A stretch of 64,000 nucleotides of DNA from Scenedesmus sp. PABB004. Taxonomy: Eukaryota. Under the pieces are notes generated by a model, which saw only the letters and a program-made list of their open reading frames with translations, ran no database searches and was not told the origin of the DNA. The stretch is from NCBI GenBank assembly GCA_014905635.1, contig JABVCE010000033.1:124001-188000 (forward strand), read 5' to 3'. Of the stretch, positions 52,376 through 63,411 are shown piece by piece. The position numbers and the translations under genes are program-made. Positions within the stretch are counted from its first letter, which is position 1. Every line of letters starts with the position of its first letter.

Positions 52376-54523
52376 GCACGCGCACGCGCACGCGCACGCG
52401 CACGCGCACGCGCACGCACGCACACGCGCACCGCCCTTCCCTTCGTGCCCGGCCCCGGCGGCCGCGCCGACCCCGTGGCCCGTCCCGCGACTCCGCCCCA
52501 GGCCCCTTCAACGTGCTGACCGCGGGCCTGAGTGTGAAGAACTACACCGACATCGTCACCGCGCTCACCCTGCTCGCGGGCAAGGGCGGCCTGACCAAGA
52601 AGCTCCCGGGGGACACCAAGACCGTCAACGAGCGGGTGCGGCGCCGCGGCGCGGGGCGGGAGCGCGACTGCAGCGCGCGGCCGGCGCGGGCGCGCCGACC
52701 CGGGCCGCCGCCTGCCGACCGCCGCGCGCCGACCGCCGCCCGCCGCCCGCCTGCGCGCCGCGCGCCGCGCGCGCAGCTGATCGAGCTGTCGGCCTACATG
52801 GTCTGGGTGAGTTGCAGCAGTCGCGCGATCGCCGCACCCTTTTATCAAAACCTAAAAACCACCCTAAACCCCAAACCCTCAACCCTAAACTAGGTGACCT
52901 GGGCGGCGTACGTCAACAGCAACTTTGTGCCGACGCGGCTCGACCCGGTCGAGGGCGAGAGCGGCAAAGACATGGTGCGCCCGCGGCGGCCGCGGCGGCG
53001 GCGCCGCCCGGCGCGCGGCGCCGCCGCCGACGCCGCCCGCGCCCGCGCACCAGGTGGGGCGCACCAACCTGCTGTCCATGTCCTTCCCCTGCGCCATGAC
53101 CTTCAACAGCACCGCCGCGCCGGGCTACCAGGTCCGCGGCCGCGCCCGGGCGCCGCCCGGCGGCGGCGGGGCAGGCGCGCCGCCGTCTGCGCGCGCGCGC
53201 TGCCTGCGCGCGTGCCGCCAACGCCCGCCGCGCCGCCTGCTCCCCTCCCCAACATCAACAAACAAAAACGACGGCAGTGCTTCTACGGCGACCCTCCCTC
53301 GCCCGACATCGTGCCGCTGACCTTTAACGACCTCGAGGTCACCCTGCCCGACGACGGCACCTGGAAGTCCTTTGTGCGCGGTGCGAAGCCGCGCGTGCGC
53401 CGCGCCGCGCCGCGCGCCGCGCCGCCGCCCGCCACGCCGGGCACCTGGCACCTGGCACCTGGCACCTGGCACCTCGCTCGCCCCCGCGCGCCCCACACGC
53501 CCGCCCGCGGGCCCGCCCCGCCCCGCCCCGCCCCGCCCGCCGCCCGCCCCGCGTCTGCCCGGCAGACGTGCGGCGCATCGTGAAGATGGACCTTGCCGCG
53601 ACGGTCAAGGGCCACCCCGGCGTGACGCCGTTCATGCCCTTTGGCCCCGGCATCCTCTTCAGGCGCGCCGGGGCTCAGGGCTCAGCGCCGGGGTTCAGGG
53701 CTCAGAGGGCCCCGCGCGGCCCTCCCTCCTCGCGCGCGCCGGCCCGCACGCCGCGCGCCGGGCTCACCCTGCACCGCGCCGCCGCGCGCCGGGATCACCC
53801 CGCCGCTGCCCATTACCCGCCCCGCCGCGCACCACCACTGCCACGCCCCCCGCCGTGCTCCCCCCCCTCCCAGGTGGACTAAGCGCTCCAACACGCTCAT
53901 GGGCATGAACGGCCGCGGCAGCGTGGTCTGGGCGTCGGTCGAGTCGTTTGCCGCGCTGCACACCGCCGAGACGCCCTTCCCCGCGCGCAACTACCACCTC
54001 AGCGACATCATGGAGCACCTCCTCGTCTGCAAGTGAGAGCCCGCGCCGCGCCGCGCCGCGCCGCGCCGCGGCGGCGGCCAGGGGCCGACCGCTCGGGGCG
54101 CGCCGCGCGCCGCGCGCCGCGCGCCGCGCGCCGCCCCGCCTCGCCCGCGCGCGCCGCGCGACGCCCCCCCCCCCTGAAAACCCCGCCGCGCCGCAACACA
54201 GGTACAAGGGCCGCCTGCACTGGGGCAAGAACACGGACCGCGCGTTCCTCAATCCCGACCCCGCCTGCCGCTACGCCGAAACGCTCGCGGACGAGCTCCG
54301 CGAGCTCTCCGCGCTGCAGGACGCGTACGACCCCAACCGCGTGTTTGAGCCGCCGCTCATCGCCAAAATAAAGGCCGGCGCGGTGCCGCCGTACTTCCCC
54401 GGCTGCGAGGTCACGCGGTCGTGCTACTGCGCGGCCGACGAGCACTGCGCGCCGGGGTGGGCCTGCAGGGCGTCGCTCGCGTTCCCCGCGTTCAAGGTCT
54501 GCACGCCGCCCGAGGACTGGTGA
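50713..54523 (+). CDS. Secreted FAD-linked oxidase, L-gulonolactone oxidase / ALO family (13 exons)
   Basis: Signal peptide, STAEVAAIVK...PHSPATFIC (putative FAD-linking His), LTVGGCFSAASHGSS, LAGGLGMLGIVTELTIQ, GRLHWGKN, YDPNRVFEP, and a Cys-rich C-terminus (CYCAADEHCAPGWAC) as in plant GulLO proteins. Confidence 0.88.
52285..52430. repeat. (CA)n microsatellite (~40 units) grading into (CGCACG)n, intronic
   Basis: Direct reading of the sequence; preceded by a short CT-rich tract. Confidence 0.97.
52846..52891. repeat. Degenerate interstitial telomere-like (CCCTAAA)n tract in an intron
   Basis: aaaacctaaaaaccaccctaaaccccaaaccctcaaccctaaac lies immediately before the TAG acceptor. Confidence 0.65.
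53439..53474. repeat. (GGCACCT)x5 heptamer tandem repeat, intronic
   Basis: ggcacctggcacctggcacctggcacctggcacct. Confidence 0.9.
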
Positions 54524-55178
54524 TCGCCCGCGCGGCCGCTTGAGCGAGCGGCACCCGCGGCGCAAGATGCGCATTGCTCGCCGCCGCGGCCGCGCGCGCT
54601 CGCGCGCCCGCGCGGCGGCGCGGCCAGAGGTGGCTGGCGGTCGTGCGTATTGCGTGCGGGGCCGCGCCGGCCGGGGGTGGCTCCTCCTGCTTCTCCCTGC
54701 CCCACGGAACTGAGGGTTCGGAGGGCACGACGAAGGTGGTGTTGCATCGGGGCCCAGCATCGGGGTGCAGCGCCGCTCGGTGGTCACGAGGCGTTGGGTT
54801 TTTTTGTGCCTCCCCCTCCTTGACCGCCCACTAGCTTTTGCATCCGAGTGCCCGGATGCATCCCCGTGCCCCTCTCCCTCCCCCTGTTGTGTGATTGCCG
54901 TGCCGCGGCCTGCGTGATGCCTCCTTGCTCCTGCGCGGGCGCCCCCTTGTGTCCCGGCCTGCCTGCCCACCACGTGCTACACCCGTTGGCGGCCGCGTCT
55001 CTCCCTCGCTCTCTCTCTGCCTCCTCTCTCTCACGCACACACACCAAAACGTATGGGCTTGCTTGACCACCTTGCTCGACCAGCTTACGCACCAATGTGG
55101 GCGTGTGGGTCAACCGCCTTGCCAACTTGCGTCGCAGCGGAGTTCTGCGCTGAGACGCCAATGCACGCGTCTTTCTCT

Positions 55179-55183
55179 TGTAA
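55179..55183 (+). promoter_or_regulatory. TGTAA polyadenylation signal, probably of the oxidase gene
   Basis: TGTAA in a pyrimidine-rich, lower-GC region ~650 nt after the stop at 54523. Confidence 0.45.
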
Positions 55184-55478
55184 GAGCGCACTGCTGCCTG
55201 ACACGTGCTGCCGTTGCACTGCCGCCGCGCGCCGCGGTTGGCCGCTGCTGGCAGCGGCGCCGGCGCGACCGAAGCTCAAACCGCAGCGGTTTGAGCTTGC
55301 CGCGCTGCAGCGCGACCGGCGGCGCGTTCCGGCGTCCTCGCCCACAGCCCTCGCCCGTCCCGGCTCGCGGCCGGCCGTCCCCGCACGCAGCGAGCGCAGG
55401 GGGCTTGCAGCAGCGCGCAACGTGCAGCTCGCCGCCGGCGATGCGCCGCACCAGGCACCGCTAGCCGGGCCAGCTGCC

Positions 55479-58400
55479 ATGGGCAAGCACGACGAGGAGG
55501 GCCCGTTCGCGCACGTGGGCGTGCTGCCAGTGAGGTGCGCACCGGGGCCCCGCACTGGCGCGGCGGCGGCAGCAGCAGCGGCCGTCGAACGGCGGAGCGC
55601 CGCCCCCCGCGCGGGGCGCGCAGCAGGCTGGGCCGGCGCCGTGCCTTGGTGCAGGGCGCCTTAGGCAGCAGCCTGGGCCCGCGCGGCAGCGGCCAGGCGA
55701 CGACGACGCCCCGCCGCACGCCGCTCCGCCGCGCCGCGCGCGCAGCACCAAGGACGACGAGGCGCGCCTGCTGCGCGGCCATGGCCCCGGCTCCACCGCC
55801 CCGCTCCACCACGTGTCGGCGTTTGATGTCGAGTTTGTGGAGGAGGACGGTGACGAGCTGCTCGACTGGCAGCGCCACGCGCCGGCGCGCTCGCGCTGCC
55901 GCTGCTGCGCGGCGCTGCTGCCGGAGCCGCCCGCGTGCTGGTGGGCGCTGACGCAGGGCCAGCGCGCGGCCGCGCGCGCCGCGGCCGCGTCGGCGGGCCT
56001 GCTCGCGGCCGCGCTGGCGGTTCTGGGGATCGCGTTCGCGCTGCGAGGCGGCGGCGGCGGCGGCGGCGGCGGCGCGGGCCTGGCGGCGCCGGCGCGCTAC
56101 GCGCCGCTCGCCGCGGCGCCCGAGGACAGCCCGTACTGCTCCTGGGACGGCCTGGAGCTGCCCCAGGCCGTGGCGCCGCTGTCGTACAAGCTCCACGTCG
56201 CGTCCGACCTTGCGCCGCCGTTTGCGGTGCGCGGGGAGGTGGACATCGCGCTGCGCGCGGAGGCCGCGATGCCGTGCGTCGTGCTGCACGCGCGGGGACT
56301 GGAGATCGAGGCCGTGTCGCTCCTGGTATACGGCGCCGCGCCCGGCGCGCCCGCCGCGCAGCGGCCGGTCGAGGTCGCGGGTGCGGCGGCGGCAGCGCAC
56401 CGGCGCCGCGGCGCCGGCGCCGGCGCTGCGCAGCAGCCCAGGCGCGCCGCATCCGCGCCAAGTCCGCGCCGCCGCCGCGCCCGCGCAGGCGCCGTGCGCA
56501 GCGCGAGCGAGGAGCGGCAGCAGGTGACGCTGGTGTTCCCCGAGGCGGTGCCGCTGCCGCCGCTGCAGCCGGTGCTGCGCCTGCGCTTCTCGTACACGCT
56601 GCAGGAGGCCCTGGACGGCTTCTATCGCAGCTCCTTCATCGGTGCGCCTCGGGGCCTCGGAGCGCAGGGCGCGGCTCAACGCGCGGCGCGGCGGCGCCCG
56701 GCCGCCGCCGCCGCCGCCGCGCCGCCGCCGCGCCGGCTGGCGGGGCGCGCAGCTGCGCGTGGCCCCGACGCGCGCCGCCGCGCTGCCCCGCAGACGCCGC
56801 AAACGAGACCAAGCTGCTCGCGTCGACGCAGTTTGAGTCCATCGCCGCGCGCAAGGCGTTCCCCTGCTTTGATGAGCCGCGCTGGAAGGTGGGCCGCGCG
56901 CGCGTGCTGGCCGGCCGGCCGACCCCCGCGCGCCCGCCGCTCGCGCCGCGCGGCGCGCCCAGCGGCCCCTGACAGGGAGGGGCCCTGCGCCCGCCCGCCC
57001 GCCCGGCCGGCCGCCGGCCGCGCAGGCCACGTTTGAACTAAAGGTCAGCGCGCCGCCGCCGCCGATCGTCGTGCTGTCAAACATGCCGCTCAGCCATACC
57101 CACAGCGCGGAGCCCGCGGCGGGTGCGCGGCGCGGCGCGCGCCGCGCGCCGCCGGGGCACGCGCGCCCGCGCGCGCGCGGGCTCGGCCCAGCGCCGCGCG
57201 CGGCGGCGCCGGCGCCGCCGCCCGCAGACGCCGCGACGGAGCGGCTGGTGACGTACCACTTTGAGCGCAGCCCGCCGATGTCGACCTACCTGGTCGCCTG
57301 GGTGGTGGGCGAGCTGGCGCACGTGGAGGCGCAGTGCGAGCTGCCGCTCCCCGCGCCCGCGCCCGCGCCGGCGGCGGGCGGCGGCGGCACCGGCGGCGGC
57401 GGCTGCTGCGCCACGGCGACGGCGGCGACGGCGACGACGACGACGCGGGCCCGGCCGGCGCCGTCGACGACGGCCGCCGCGGGCGGCGCATCCCCGTGCG
57501 CGTGTGGGGCACGAGCGACCGCGCGTCGCAGTTTGGCCACGCGCGCGACGTCGCGTGCTCCGCGCTGCAGACGTTTGAGGCACTGCTGCAGGTGCGCGCA
57601 CGCGCGCGCGCGCGCGCGGGCCGGCCGCCGCCGCCGCCCTGAGCGCCCGGCCGCCCGCGCGCCGCCGGCCGTGGCTCCGCCGCACCAGGTGCCGTACGCG
57701 CTGCCCAAGCTCGACCTGGTGGCCATCCCAAACTTTGCGGCGGGCGCAATGGAGAACTGGGGACTCCTCACCTACAGGCGTGTGCGCACACGCGCGCGGG
57801 CGGGCGGGCCCGGCGCGGCGCGGCGGCGGCCGCGCGGCGGCGGCGGGGCGCGCGGCTTGGTGGCCGCGGCCGCGGACGCGGCCGCGGCGGGGGCGCACGC
57901 GGCCGCCGCGCGCGCGCGCGCGGCGCGCAGGGAGACGGCGCTGCTCGTGGACGACGCGGTGGACGACGTGAAGCAGCGGTACGCCATCGCGACCACGGTG
58001 GCGCACGAGACGGTGCGCGGCGCGCACGCCCAGCCCGCGGCCGCGCCGCGCCGTCGCCCCCGCCGCGCCGCGCCGCCGCCGCCGTGACGTCCCCGCCGCC
58101 GCCGGCGGCGGCCCCGCAGGCGCACCAGTGGTTTGGCGACCTGGTCACGCTGGACGACTGGACCTCGCTCTGGCTCAACGAAGGCGCGCGCTCACGCCGG
58201 CGGCGCGGCGCCCGGGCGCCGGCCTGTGCAGGCGGCCGCGCCCCGCCACACAGGCCGCTGCCCCGCCGCCGCCCACAGGGTTTGCCACCTACTTTGAGGT
58301 GGTCGGCGCCGACGCGTACCGCCCACACTGGGGCTATTTCGATGACTTTTTTGACACCACGACTTCGCCAGGCGCGCGCACGCTACGCACGCTCGCGCGC

Positions 58401-61400
58401 GCGCGGGCGAGGCCCCGGCCCGGGGCGCCCGCCGCCCACGCGCGCCGCCGCCACGGCCGCCCCGCCGCCGCGCCGCGCCAGGCCTGGAGGCGGACGGCGT
58501 CGCGACGTCGCACCCGCTGACCATCTCGCGCCCGATCGAGAGCCTCGACGAAATCGACAACTGGTTTGACGGCGTCTCGTATGAGAAGGGCGGTGCCGTG
58601 CTCCGCATGCTGCGCGCGTGGCTCAACCGCGGCGACGCGTGGCTGCTGGGCCTCGCCGGCGACGCGGAGGGCGGCGAGGGCGGCCCGGGCCTGCGCCGGC
58701 GGCTCGCGCAGGCCGGCGGCGGCGAGCGCGACGGCGGCGGCGGCGGCGGCGACGCGAGCTGGTGGACGCAGGCCGCGCACGTGGGGGCCAGCACGCAGCT
58801 GCCGCCGGCGCCGGCGCCGGCGCCGGCCGCCGCCGCGGCGTCCGCCGGCGGGGACGACTACCGAGAGGCGGGGGTGCGGCCGCCGGCGACCCCCGTGGGC
58901 GCCGCCGCGGCGCCGGACAGGCCCGTGCTGCAGCCGCAGTCGCCGCCGCCCGCGGGCGACGCCGGCGGCGGCGCCGGCGGCGCAAACGCCACGGACGAGG
59001 CCTGGTGGACGCACAAGGCGCACGTCGGCGGCGCGGCCGGCGGCCTGCAGGCGCAGGCCAAGGCGGCCGGCGGCGCGCCGGCCGCGGCCGCGGCCGCCGC
59101 CGGCGCGCGGGAGGCGCCGGGCGCGCTGGCGGGGCGGGACCCCTTCCTGCGCGGCCTGCGGAGTTACCTCGGCGCGCGCATGTACCGCAGCGCCAACCAC
59201 TCGCAGCTCTGGGACCACCTCGGCGCTGCGGCGGGCGAGGCGCTGGGCGAGAAGATGTCCACCTGGACGCTGCGCAGGGGCTTCCCGATCGTCTCGGTCG
59301 CCCTGGAGGAGGCCGGCGCGGGCGCGGGCGCGAACGGCACGGACGCGGGCGCCGGCGACACGGGCGGCGCCGCGCAGCGGCTGGTGCTGGGGCAGGTCCC
59401 ATTCCACGCCCCGCGCACGTACATGGTCGGCCTGCCCTTTGAGCCCGACATGTGCGCTCACGGCGCCTGGCTGCTCCGCGCCGCGCCGCACTGCGCACGT
59501 CGGCGCGGCGCGACCGCGCGCTCGACGCGCGCGCTGACGGGGTCGACAGCCACGAAGACTATGAGGTAGAAAATCACCTGCGCCCGCGTGGCCCACACGC
59601 GCCGGCGCGCCGGCCGCCGCACGCCCGGGCGCCGCAGGTACTGCAACGACTGGTCGGAAGACCCCGCCGACAGCGCGTGGTGGATCCCCATCGCGCTGCG
59701 CGTCGCGGTGCGCGCGCCGCTGCCTCCGCGCGCTGCTGGGCCGCGCGTGCGCCTGCTGACCCGCGCGGCGCCGCCGCTCCGCGGCTGCGCCAGGGCTCGC
59801 GCGAGGTCGCGTGGCACGCCTTCTCCAACTGCAGCGCCGCGGTGCCGCTGCGCGTGCCGCGCAACGGCTGGGTGCTCGCCAACGCGGGTGCGCGCGCGTG
59901 CGCGGGGCTGAGCGCGCCTGCCCCTCTCGCCGCCCCGCCTCGGCCGCGTCTGACGCGCCGCCGCGCCGGGCCCGTGCCCCGTCTCTGGCTCCCTTCCTGC
60001 AGGGCGGTTTGGGTTTTACCGCGTCAATTACAGCCGCCCGCTCTGGGCGGCGCTCGCGGGCGCGGCGCGCGACGTCGCGGCGGTGCCGCCCTCGGACTTT
60101 GCGGGTGCGGCGGCGGGGCCGCGCGCCGCCGCCGCGCGGCGCTGCGCCACACCGCCCCACCGCCTGCACCGCCCACCGCCAACCTCGCCCGCGCGCCCGC
60201 CAGGCCTGCTGGACGACGCGTATGCGCTGTCGCGCGTGCGCCAGCTCAGCGTGACGGTCTTCCTGGAGCTGAGCGCCGCGCTGGGCGCGCGCCTCGCGCC
60301 CGAGCACACGCCGTGGAGCGTCGGCCTCGGCTGGCTGCAGCGCATGGGCGACCTGCTCGCCACCGCGGCCGACGCGTCCGCCGGCAGTGGCGGCGGCGGC
60401 GGCGGCGGCGGCGGGGCGGCGAACACGTCATCCGCCGCCACCGACTGGGGCGCCTGCTCGCGCGACCTGCGCAGCTATGTGAGCGGGCAGCTGACTGGGC
60501 CCTTCATCGAGCGCCTGCCCGTGCCGGGCCAGGCGCGGCCGGGGCTCACGTTTGAGGTGCGGCCGCGGCGCCGCGCGGCGCCGTGCCCCGCGCCCCGAGC
60601 CCTGAGCTCTGGGTCACCGCACCCCCGTCGCCGCCGCCGCCGCCGCCGCGCCGCGCAGGTCAACCCGCAGGACTCCACCGAGCTGCGCCTGCTGCGGCCC
60701 AGGGTCCTCTCCGGCGCGGGCTTCCTCGGCCACGCGCCCACGATGGCCGCCGCGGCGGCGCTGCTGCGCCGCGTCGTGTCGGGGCGGGCGGCGCTCTCGC
60801 CCGACGTGGCCAAGGCGGTCTACGGCCTCGCCGTCGGCAGCGGCGACGAGGGCGCTTTTGATGACGTGACGCGCATCTACGAGCAGGTGGGTGGGCGCGC
60901 TGAGTGCGCGTGGCATGCGCTGGCGCGGCCCGCGCGCCGCAGCTCTGGCCGCCCACGCTCCCGCGCCGCCCACGCTCCCGCGCCGCGCCGCGCCGCGCCG
61001 CGCCGCAGGCGCTCGACGCCGCCGACAAGGAGCGCGCGCTGCACGCGCTGTCGCGCGCGCCGACGCCGGGCCTCATCCGCCGCGCGCTGGAGTATGGCCT
61101 CAGCCCCGCGGTGCGCAGCCAGGACTTTGCGGCGCTGCTGGTCGGGCTCGGCAAGCAGGGCGGCACAGGGTTTGGCCTCGTGTGGGAGTTTGTGATGGCG
61201 CGCGCCGACGACATCGAGGCCAAGTACGGCGGTGAGCGCGGCAGCGCGAGCGCGGCGCAACCGGCAGCCGCCCCCCGTCGCGCCCGCACGGCCGCGCCCG
61301 CCGCCCCGGACCTCCACAAAAACACACACATGAACGGGCACCCACGCACCGCCGCCCACGCTGCTGCAGGCGGCGACCTGACCTACTCCCTCGGCCGGCC

Positions 61401-61611
61401 CCTGAACAAGCTGGCGGGGCTGTTTGTGGACGAAGGCCTGCTGGCGCGCGTGCGCGGCTGGGCGGGCAGCCACCCGCGCCTGCTGTCGCCGACGTTCCTG
61501 GACGAGGCGAACGAGGCGCGCATGACCAACGCCGACTGGCTGCGCCTGCAGGGCGCCGACGCGTGCGCGTGGCTCGCGGCCGCGGCGGCGGCGGCGCCGG
61601 CGGGGCCGTAG
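55479..61611 (+). CDS. M1-family zinc aminopeptidase (aminopeptidase N/ERAP-like), type II membrane anchor, ~18 exons; apparent frameshift near 57375
   Basis: [93 protein letters not shown]...WLNEGFA (HExxH-18-E), SYEKG, GFYRVNY and an ERAP1-like C-terminal region. Confidence 0.93.
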
Positions 61612-61708
61612 CGCGCGGCGCCACGGCCGGCGGCGGCGGCGGGGAACTGGGGCGGCGGCGGGGAACTGGGACGCACGGCGGGGGCGGCCTGCACTGGCGA
61701 CTGGCGGC

Positions 61709-61713
61709 TTACA
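61709..61713 (-). promoter_or_regulatory. TGTAA polyadenylation signal, probably of the MaoC gene
   Basis: TTACA on the + strand; the only one seen downstream of the minus-strand stop at 62292. Confidence 0.5.
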
Positions 61714-62291
61714 AACGCGCGCGCGATTCCCGTGACCGCGCTCGGGACGCTCCTCCATTGCCCGCACGGTCACCGTCACCGTGCGACTCGAGCGCAGTCA
61801 CGGCATCGCGGTTGCACAGTCTGGCGCCGTGACGGTCACGGGCGCGGCGGCCATGTAGACGCACAAAGCCTGTGCGCGCGGCGCTGACGACTGCGCGCGT
61901 GGGCGTGGGGCAGCTGCAGCTGCGTGACCGCCGCTGCCACACGATCAGCGGTCCCCGCCGCTCGCCAGCGTGGCAGCGGCAGCGGCCGCCTTGCCTGCGC
62001 GTGCTGCCGCCGTCGGTGCCTGTCGGCGAGCGGCCGCAGCGGCGTCAGCAGCAGCGGCTGCCTCGGCGGGCGCCACGCGCGCCCATGCCAGCGCGCCCCC
62101 CGGCGGCGCGGCGCACCTGCCGCCGCCGCCCGTCCGCCGAGCAGGCGCCTGCCCTTGCCGCAGGCGAGCCGCAGGCGCGCGAGCGGGGGGGGGGGGGCAC
62201 CGCCGTGCTCCAAGCCCATCTCACAGGGCTCGCTGCACGCCCCCCGGGGCCCCGGTTGCACACGTCGTGAGAGGAGCAGCAGACGCTCCGC

Positions 62292-62921
62292 TCAGCCTGG
62301 GCGGCGGCGGGCGCGGCGTCTTGTGAGAGAGACGGCAGGCGGCAGCGGCGAGCGCGAGCGCCCCCGGCGGCGCGGCGCGGGCGCACCTGCCGCCGCCGCG
62401 CCGCCGCCGCCGCCGCCGCCGCCGCCGTCGCCGCCCAGCGCGGGGGCGTGCGCGGGCACGCGCGCGAGCGCGTCGCCGTCGACCAGCACCGCGCCCGCGG
62501 CGTCGCGGACGACCGTCGCAAACGCGACGCGCCCGCCCGACGCGCGCGAGACGGTCACCGTCGCGGTCACGGCCGCGCCGAGCGGCGCGGGGCGCCGGAA
62601 CTTGAGGCTCTGGCCCAGGTAGAGCGCGCCCGGGAAGGCGGTGCCAATGAGGGCGGGGAAGAGGGAGGCGAGCAGCATGCCGGGCACGACCGGCGCCGCG
62701 AGGCCCGCCGCGGCCGCCGCGGCGCGGTCGGCGTGGATCGGGTTGGCGTCGCCCGTCAGGGCGCCGAAGCCCGCCGCGTCGGCGGCGGAGAAGGCCCGCG
62801 TGGTGCTCCAGGCCTGCCCCACGTGCAGCGCGCGCCGCTGCGCGCCAGGTGCCGGCGCTGCAGCGCCGGCGGGCGCGCGGCAGCTGCGCCGCCGCGCCAG
62901 CGCCGCCGCAGCGCGCAGCAT
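62292..62921 (-). CDS. MaoC-type hot-dog dehydratase (HTD2 / R-specific enoyl hydratase-like), probably mitochondrial
   Basis: Arg-rich presequence [12 protein letters not shown], then FGALTGDANPIHAD (hydratase-2 D..H motif), VVPGMLLASLFPALIG and YLGQSLKFRRP. Confidence 0.9.
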   Translation of the reverse strand: MLRAAAALARRRSCRAPAGAAAPAPGAQRRALHVGQAWSTTRAFSAADAAGFGALTGDANPIHADRAAAAAAGLAAPVVPGMLLASLFPALIGTAFPGALYLGQSLKFRRPAPLGAAVTATVTVSRASGGRVAFATVVRDAAGAVLVDGDALARVPAHAPALGGDGGGGGGGGGAAAAGAPAPRRRGRSRSPLPPAVSLTRRRARRRPG

Positions 62922-63411
62922 GCCGGGCGCCGCTGCAGTTGACACGCGGGCGAAGGCACTGGGCGACCCAGCAGCGGCGGCGGGGGAGCGACGCGGGCGC
63001 GCGCGCCGAGCGGCGGCGCCGGCAGCAGCGGCGGCGCCGGCGGAAGCAGCTGCGTCTGCCGCGCGGTGGTGCTGTGTTACAGAAGGCAGCTCCGCGCGCC
63101 GCTGGCGGAGACGAGGAGAGCTCCCCGGCGGCGGGCGGCCGCGGCGGCGCAGCCGGCGTGACGCGCGGCGCGGAGGTGTGAGCTCTCCGCGCGGCCTCCG
63201 ACGCTCCCAGGCCTCGGACCTGCCGCCTCCGCGAGCCGTCTCGGGACGCGTCCTATCTGCTCGTTCGTTCCAGCTTCGGCGTCCCGCGGTCGGCTGCCGG
63301 CGTCCCCCGTGCCTTGCGGACACCACCGGGGACCTCCCGGAACGCGCGTTCCACCTCTCGTCCGCGCCGCGCCGAGCCCCGGCTGCAGTCGGCCCCGCCC
63401 GGCCGCGCGGC

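Noticed and set aside
54524..55478. Lower-GC, CT-rich segment as foreign DNA or ncRNA
   Set aside because: It is consistent with 3' UTR and promoter sequence. No tRNA, rRNA or snRNA structure was recognised.
59550..59565. Possible 16-nt microexon (cag|CCACGAAGACTATGAG|gtaga) in an aminopeptidase intron
   Set aside because: A direct splice 59452-59637 already keeps the frame (DM|YCNDW). Inclusion would frameshift, and nothing in the sequence supports its use.
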